This document shows positions 59,361 through 64,000 of a DNA stretch of 64,000 nucleotides, piece by piece. The translations under genes and the position numbers were made by a program. Position 1 is the stretch's first letter, and each line of letters begins with the position of its first letter. The notes below the pieces were generated by a model that made no database searches, was not told where the DNA came from, and was given only the letters and a program-made list of their open reading frames with translations. Location of the stretch: assembly GCA_036149055.1 (NCBI GenBank), contig JAYZQJ010000137.1, positions 1-64,000 on the forward strand. The letters are read 5' to 3'. Origin of the DNA: Myxococcota bacterium. GTDB lineage: Bacteria; Myxococcota_A; Polyangia; Polyangiales; Sandaracinaceae.

Positions 59361-59750
59361 GTGAGCTGGGACCCCGCGTGGAAGTCGCTGGTGCGGCAGC
59401 TGGTCGACGAGGGCCACCAGAGCCCCTACCTGGAGCGGCTGCGCGAGCGCTACGACGTGCAGCTGCCCGGCGAGACGATCGAGCGCGAGCTGCTGCGCGA
59501 GATGTCGTCGGCGCTCGGGCGCGCCGAGGACAAGGTGAACCTGCGGCTGCTGGAGCTCGAGCTGCTGGGTCGCCGCTGCGACGAGCGCGGCGACCGCGAG
59601 AGCGCGCTCGCCTTCAACGCCAAGCGGGACGAGGCCCGGCGGGCCAAGCGCGATCTCCTCATCCACCGGGACGCGCTGCGTTTCCGGCGCGATCCGTCCT
59701 TCGACGGGCGCTACCCCATCCCGCCCGCGCGCGACGTGCCCGAGAGCTAG
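59361..59750 (+). CDS. Hypothetical protein (129 aa, helical)
   Basis: Host-like codon usage and non-shadow composition ('EMSSALGRAEDKV', 'LLIHRDAL'). Confidence 0.7.
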   Translation: MSWDPAWKSLVRQLVDEGHQSPYLERLRERYDVQLPGETIERELLREMSSALGRAEDKVNLRLLELELLGRRCDERGDRESALAFNAKRDEARRAKRDLLIHRDALRFRRDPSFDGRYPIPPARDVPES

Positions 59751-59772
59751 GCTCGTCGGCTATGATCGCGGG

Positions 59773-61065
59773 GTGGCGCGTGTCCTCGTCTTCGCCTTGT
59801 GCTTCGCCGCCGGCTGCAACTGCACGCCGGGGCGCACCGGGCGGCTGCTCCCCGATGGCGCGCTCGAGCGCCCGCCGGACAGCGGCGTCCGCCCCCGCGA
59901 CGGGGCGGTCGACATGGACGCGGACGTCGGCGCGGACGGCGCGGTGGATCCCGACGGCTCGGTCCCGCGCGACGGGGACACGCCGCTGCCCGACGCCGGG
60001 CCGCCGCGCTTCGAGCTCGACTGCGACGACGGCGTCGACCAGGACCGGGACGGCCGCACCGACTGCGAGGACGAGGACTGCGAGGGCGCGCCCTGCGACG
60101 CGAGCGGGACGCTCTTCTGCGAGGAGCGGATGTGCGGTGGCTGCACCGAGACGAGCGAGACCTCCTGCGGTGACGGCATCGACGAGGACTGCGACGGGAT
60201 GCGCGACTGCGCCGACCCCGAATGCGACGGCGTGGTCTGCGGGCTGGGCGACGTGGTCTGCGGCGGCGGCACCTGCCCGTGCCCGAGCGGGTTCGAGGAG
60301 CGCATGTGCGGAGATGGGACCGACGACGACTGCGACGGGCTCGTGGACTGCGACGACCCGGACTGCATGGGCCGGGCGTGCGGCGCGATGGGCGTGATCT
60401 GCCTGCCGGACGGGTCGTGCGGGTGCGGCGGCTCGGTCGAGCTCTGCCAGGGCATCGACGACGACTGCAGCGGCGAGGTCGACGAGGGCTGCCCGGTCGG
60501 GGTGGGCCAGTGCTGCTCGGCCCGCGCGGGGAGCTTCGGCGGCCCCCTCGGCACCTCCTGGCTCGACGCGTGCCCGACCGGCGCCGCGCTCATCGGCGTC
60601 GCCGGCCGCGAAGGGCCGCAGCTGGAGCAGCTCCAGCCCATCTGCGCGGCGCTGGTGTTCGAGCAGGACGTCACGACCTCGCCCGAGCACACGTTCCGCG
60701 TCCGCCGCGGCGCCCCGATCCTCGGCGCGCAGCACGGCGCCTCGGGCCCGACGACCTTCGACGACCGCTGCCCGGGCGACGAGGTCGCCATCGGCCTCGG
60801 CGGCGCCGCCGACGAGGACTTCGTGGACGCGATCTCGCTGCAGTGCGCGCGCGTCACCATCGGGCGCAACCGCGGCTTCGACTGGCGGATCAGCGTCACC
60901 CCCACCGGTAACACGCCGACCCGGGGCGCGGGCGGCGGCGGGAGCTCGAGCGTGTCCGCCAGCTGCGCCGCCGGCTCGGTCATCGTGGCCTTCGATGGCC
61001 GCGAGTCCACCCGGGTGAACTTCCTCGGCGCCACCTGTCAGCGACTGCAGCTCTCTTTGCGGTGA
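59773..61065 (+). CDS. Lipoprotein with Cys/Asp-rich repeats and a C-terminal beta-prism (jacalin/VMO-I-like) domain
   Basis: 'FAAGC' lipobox; repeated 'C-x-DG-x-D-x-D-(C/R)-DG-xx-DC' units; threefold 'GG..G...C..G..' C-terminal pattern. Confidence 0.75.
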   Translation: MARVLVFALCFAAGCNCTPGRTGRLLPDGALERPPDSGVRPRDGAVDMDADVGADGAVDPDGSVPRDGDTPLPDAGPPRFELDCDDGVDQDRDGRTDCEDEDCEGAPCDASGTLFCEERMCGGCTETSETSCGDGIDEDCDGMRDCADPECDGVVCGLGDVVCGGGTCPCPSGFEERMCGDGTDDDCDGLVDCDDPDCMGRACGAMGVICLPDGSCGCGGSVELCQGIDDDCSGEVDEGCPVGVGQCCSARAGSFGGPLGTSWLDACPTGAALIGVAGREGPQLEQLQPICAALVFEQDVTTSPEHTFRVRRGAPILGAQHGASGPTTFDDRCPGDEVAIGLGGAADEDFVDAISLQCARVTIGRNRGFDWRISVTPTGNTPTRGAGGGGSSSVSASCAAGSVIVAFDGRESTRVNFLGATCQRLQLSLR

Positions 61066-61127
61066 CTTCGGGGCTTCCGACTTGGTCGCGCGAAGGCTCG
61101 AAGCCGCCGGGCGGCTGATGCGGCCTG

Positions 61128-61549
61128 CTTTGGGGGGAATTTACTCTCGCAAAGGCGCAAAGCCGCAAAGAAGGTGGGGGGCCGCGGGGTGGAGGGACGC
61201 CGGGTCGTGGCGGTCGCTGGGCTCGTTGGCTGCGGCTCGTGTTGGGGGAAATTTAATCTCGCAAAGACGCAAAGGGGGGTGGGGCCGCGGGGTGGAGGGG
61301 CGCCGGGTCGTGGCGGTCGTTGGCCGGCGGTCGGAGAGTGGCGCGTCGCTCTCGGGGCTCACGCAGAGGTGCCAGAGGGGGCGTCGGGGGACGCTGTCGC
61401 GGGGCGCGGCGCGCGGGCGGCGTCTCCGCGCGGCGGTGGGGGATCCGGCCGCGAGCCTCCATCCCGTCGCCGTGCTCCTCTTGGCGGCCTGGCGGCTTTC
61501 GAGAGCCAGCTCCCTGCCTCCGTGCGCAGTTGTTTGTGTGAATCGGCGG
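61128..61549. repeat. Left composite octamer-repeat element (3 forward cores + 1 reverse core)
   Basis: TCTCGCAAAG cores at 61145 and 61257, CTCACGCAGAG at ~61358, reverse core CTCTTGGCGGCCTGGCGGCTTTCGAGA at ~61478-61504. Confidence 0.9.
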
Positions 61550-61593
61550 AGGTTGCGTGTCGCGTCACTGGGACTCGGCGGCGAGCAGCTGCG

Positions 61594-62334
61594 CTACTTG
61601 TGCCAGACACATCGCGCTACGAGGCGCCGTGGGAGCTGGCTTCTCGAGTCACCCTCGTCCGCGACGAACAGGTGGAACAGATGGTCTCCGAAAGGCCAGG
61701 TTCCACGAATCAGCACATCCGGCTGACCCGCGGGCATCGCCAGCTGAGCCAAGTGCAGCATTCCCTCCGCCTCCATGAGGTCGGCTATCTGCAACACGAG
61801 ACGGTCGTCTGCGTGAAACTCCAGGTATGGAACGCCACCGATCTTGTGGCGAGAACATGGCTCGGCGGGATGGTCGGCATCACGATCAGGAACCCAGCCG
61901 GCAGAGAAACCGAGCGAGTACTCCGGGATGACCTGAAGCCCCGTTGCCGCGTGTCTCGCCGCATCGCCGCCTAGACCACGAGAGGGCTCGTGGAGCCAGA
62001 CCTCGAGCGCCTCGCCGCCGTAGATCTTGCCGAAGTCTTCCCCGTAGATGAACTCGGGCGTCGTGTTCAGATAGACCGAAACCTCGAGAGCGTCGCCCTT
62101 CGACGAGAGTGGTACCGAGCACAGATGTGGGAGGCCCACCCGCTGTCCGCCGAGCGGAGGCCCGGCTCCGCCGAGACGGCCCTCACAGTCGGCCGTGAGG
62201 TGTCGGACGACGAAAGGGAGACACTGAAACGGATTCGGAACGAGCTCAGCAGTCGCATCGTCGAGCACAGAGTCTCGAAGCTTCGATGCGACGGCGGATC
62301 GTTGAGCCTCCAAGGCTCCATGGTCGGGCCTCAA
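61594..62334 (-). CDS. Lower-GC hypothetical protein, weak YwqG/DUF1963-like resemblance; start uncertain
   Basis: Longest ORF between the repeats; 'GRLGGAGP', 'HKIGGVPY', 'WPFGDHLFHLF'; sampled lines run about 55-65% GC. Confidence 0.6.
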   Translation of the reverse strand: MRPDHGALEAQRSAVASKLRDSVLDDATAELVPNPFQCLPFVVRHLTADCEGRLGGAGPPLGGQRVGLPHLCSVPLSSKGDALEVSVYLNTTPEFIYGEDFGKIYGGEALEVWLHEPSRGLGGDAARHAATGLQVIPEYSLGFSAGWVPDRDADHPAEPCSRHKIGGVPYLEFHADDRLVLQIADLMEAEGMLHLAQLAMPAGQPDVLIRGTWPFGDHLFHLFVADEGDSRSQLPRRLVARCVWHK

Positions 62335-62470
62335 TCTGACCTCATGATGCGTCTTCTACCAGGCTGCCGACGCGAGGCCAATCGAAGGAAGGCTCTGCCC
62401 ACGACGCAGAAGCAGGCTGTAGGGACGGGCCTGTGCGGGTCGCCGGCTGCGGCTTCTCTGGAGGGGTTGC

Positions 62471-62855
62471 TCTCGTAGAGGCGCAAAAGGAGTTGGGGCC
62501 GCGGGGTGGAGGGACGCCGGGTCGTGGCGGCCGTTGGCCGGCGGTCGGAGAGTTGGCGCGTCGCTCTCGGGGCTCACGCAGAGGCGCCAGAGGGGGCGAC
62601 GGGGGACGCTTTCGCGGGGCGCGGCGCGTGGGCGGCGTCTCCGCGCGGCGGTGGGGGACCTGGCCGCGAGCCTCCATCCCGTCGCCGTGCTCCTCTTGGC
62701 GGCTTGGCGGCTTTGCGAGAGCCAATCCCCTGTCTCCGTGCGCAATTGCTTTTGTGAACGGCGGCGAGCCTCCATCCCGTCGCCGTGCTCCTCTTTGCGG
62801 CCTGGCGGCTTCGGGAGAGCCAGCTCCCTGCCTCCGGCGCAATTGTTCCTGTGAA
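62471..62855. repeat. Right composite octamer-repeat element (2 forward + 2 reverse cores)
   Basis: 62471-62764 aligns in direct orientation with 61257-61549 (about 90% by eye); the terminal ~98-bp unit is duplicated (62666 and 62764). Confidence 0.9.
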
Positions 62856-62859
62856 GCTT

Positions 62860-63999
62860 CTATCGGAGGAGGCGGAAGATGACGCGGCGGTTCTGCGCGC
62901 GGCACTCCTCGTCGACGCTGTCGCCGTCGCCGGAGCAGTGGGGCTGGGTGTCGCCGTAGGAGCGGCTCTCGATGCGCGGGGGGGCGACGCCGCAGAGGAC
63001 GAGCTGCTCGGCGACCGCGCCGGCGCGCATGGCGCCGAGCCGGTGGTTGGCGGCCGCCGTGCCCTCTTCGTCTGCGTGGCCGATCACGCGGATGCGGGCG
63101 TCGGGGTGGGCGGCGGCGAGCTCGCACACGGCGCGCACGTCCTCGCGGAAGCGGGGCGAGACCCGGTCCGAGCCGGAGCGGAAGAGGATGGCCTGCGAGA
63201 GCAGCTCCCCCTCGTCGCGCTCGCGCACCACGGGGGCTGGCGGGGGCGGCGGGGCCTCGTCGGGGCAGCCGTCCTCGTCTTCGAAGCCGTTGCGGGTCTC
63301 CGCCTGGCGCGGGCATCGGTCGGAGGCGTCGGGGAAGCCGTCGGAGTCGTCGTCCGCGTCGATGCAGCCGTCGTCGTCCTGGAAGCCGTCGACGTCTTCG
63401 GGCTCGCCGGGGCAGCGATCGCGGTCGTCGTCGACCCCGTCGCCGTCCTCGTCGAGCGGGGCGGGCGCCGCCTCGGGCGCGCTCGCGCCGAGGTCGATGC
63501 GGGCGGTGAGGTTCACGCCGAACGTGAGCAGGTGCGCGTCGTCGCCGTTGGCGGCGTCGTCCGGCTGCACGATCTGGCCGTACCGCACGACCGGCCCCAC
63601 GCCGAACGCGGGGTGGGGGAAGAAGTCCCAGCCGACGCCGAGGTCGAAGCCGAAGCGCGAGAGGTCTCCGGTGAGCGCGAGGCCGAGGTTGGCGTCGACG
63701 AAGGGGCCGCCGACCGGGCCGTCGTCGAGCGCGAAGAAGCCGCGCGCGCCCACCGTGAAGGCGTAGAGGTTGCCGGGCTCCTGGCCGTCGACCGGGAACC
63801 ACGCGGTGGCGAAGCCGACGTTCACCGCCAGCGGCCCCAGGAGCTCGAGCCCGGCCCGGATCGCGCCGCCCCCGCCCCAGTCGAAGCGGTCGCGGTAGCT
63901 CTCGGTCAGCATCACCGACGCCGTGCCCTCGGCGTGGAAGGTGGGCGTCACCTGCGCCGCGGCCGGCGCGGAGACGAGGAGGCAGAGGGCGAAGGCGAG
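62860..63999 (-). CDS. OmpA-family outer-membrane protein with TSP3-like Ca-binding repeats (5' end beyond the window)
   Basis: 'DEDGDGVDDDRDRCP', 'EDVDGFQDDDGC', 'GHADEEG...NHRLGAMRA', 'SYGDTQP', 'NRRV'; the frame stays open to the window end. Confidence 0.92.
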   Translation of the reverse strand, partial: LAFALCLLVSAPAAAQVTPTFHAEGTASVMLTESYRDRFDWGGGGAIRAGLELLGPLAVNVGFATAWFPVDGQEPGNLYAFTVGARGFFALDDGPVGGPFVDANLGLALTGDLSRFGFDLGVGWDFFPHPAFGVGPVVRYGQIVQPDDAANGDDAHLLTFGVNLTARIDLGASAPEAAPAPLDEDGDGVDDDRDRCPGEPEDVDGFQDDDGCIDADDDSDGFPDASDRCPRQAETRNGFEDEDGCPDEAPPPPPAPVVRERDEGELLSQAILFRSGSDRVSPRFREDVRAVCELAAAHPDARIRVIGHADEEGTAAANHRLGAMRAGAVAEQLVLCGVAPPRIESRSYGDTQPHCSGDGDSVDEECRAQNRRVIFRLLR

Positions 64000-64000
64000 G

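Noticed and set aside
61990..62478. 162-aa plus-strand ORF in the cassette as the real cargo gene
   Set aside because: It overlaps antisense with the longer, more protein-like 61594-62334 ORF and runs into the right repeat; it cannot be fully excluded without a search
61128..62855. Classical integron attC sites or IS terminal repeats
   Set aside because: No clear RYYYAAC...GTTRRRY boxes, integrase, transposase or target-site duplication were recognised; the repeats are longer and modular

Overview
This is a very GC-rich (about 75% by eye), gene-dense chromosomal window. The Ser/Thr kinase, Cys/Asp-rich lipoproteins, Wsp/Frz-like chemosensory cluster and OmpA with TSP3-like repeats suggest a myxobacterium (Myxococcota); that assignment is inference. 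About 50 CDS can be supported. In order: a methyltransferase / ATP-grasp / flippase / B12-radical-SAM locus (0.4-10 kb); alr, mlaEF and an orphan Dam-family methylase; a kinase, an aminotransferase and a FolB-cupin fusion; an ABC-F ATPase and a metalloprotease; an ATP-grasp gene divergent from a RimB-like/RimK pair; a Fur-box-preceded imelysin / di-heme / imelysin / HTTM operon; a chemosensory system whose MCP has a FixL-like PAS domain; a giant TPR-C39 peptidase; an MrfA/MrfB-like helicase-exonuclease pair; and a truncated OmpA. No rRNA, tRNA, CRISPR array, transposase or integrase was recognised. The most unusual signal is non-coding: a ~100-bp repeat module built on octamer triplets (TCTCGCAAAG-GCGCAAAG-CCGCAAAG...GGCCGCGGGGTGG). 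It forms a 7+7 head-to-head array at 19.0-20.4 kb, and at 61.1-62.9 kb it forms two ~290-bp direct repeats bracketing a single lower-GC cargo gene like a cassette. All product calls come from motifs recognised by eye; no database searches were run.
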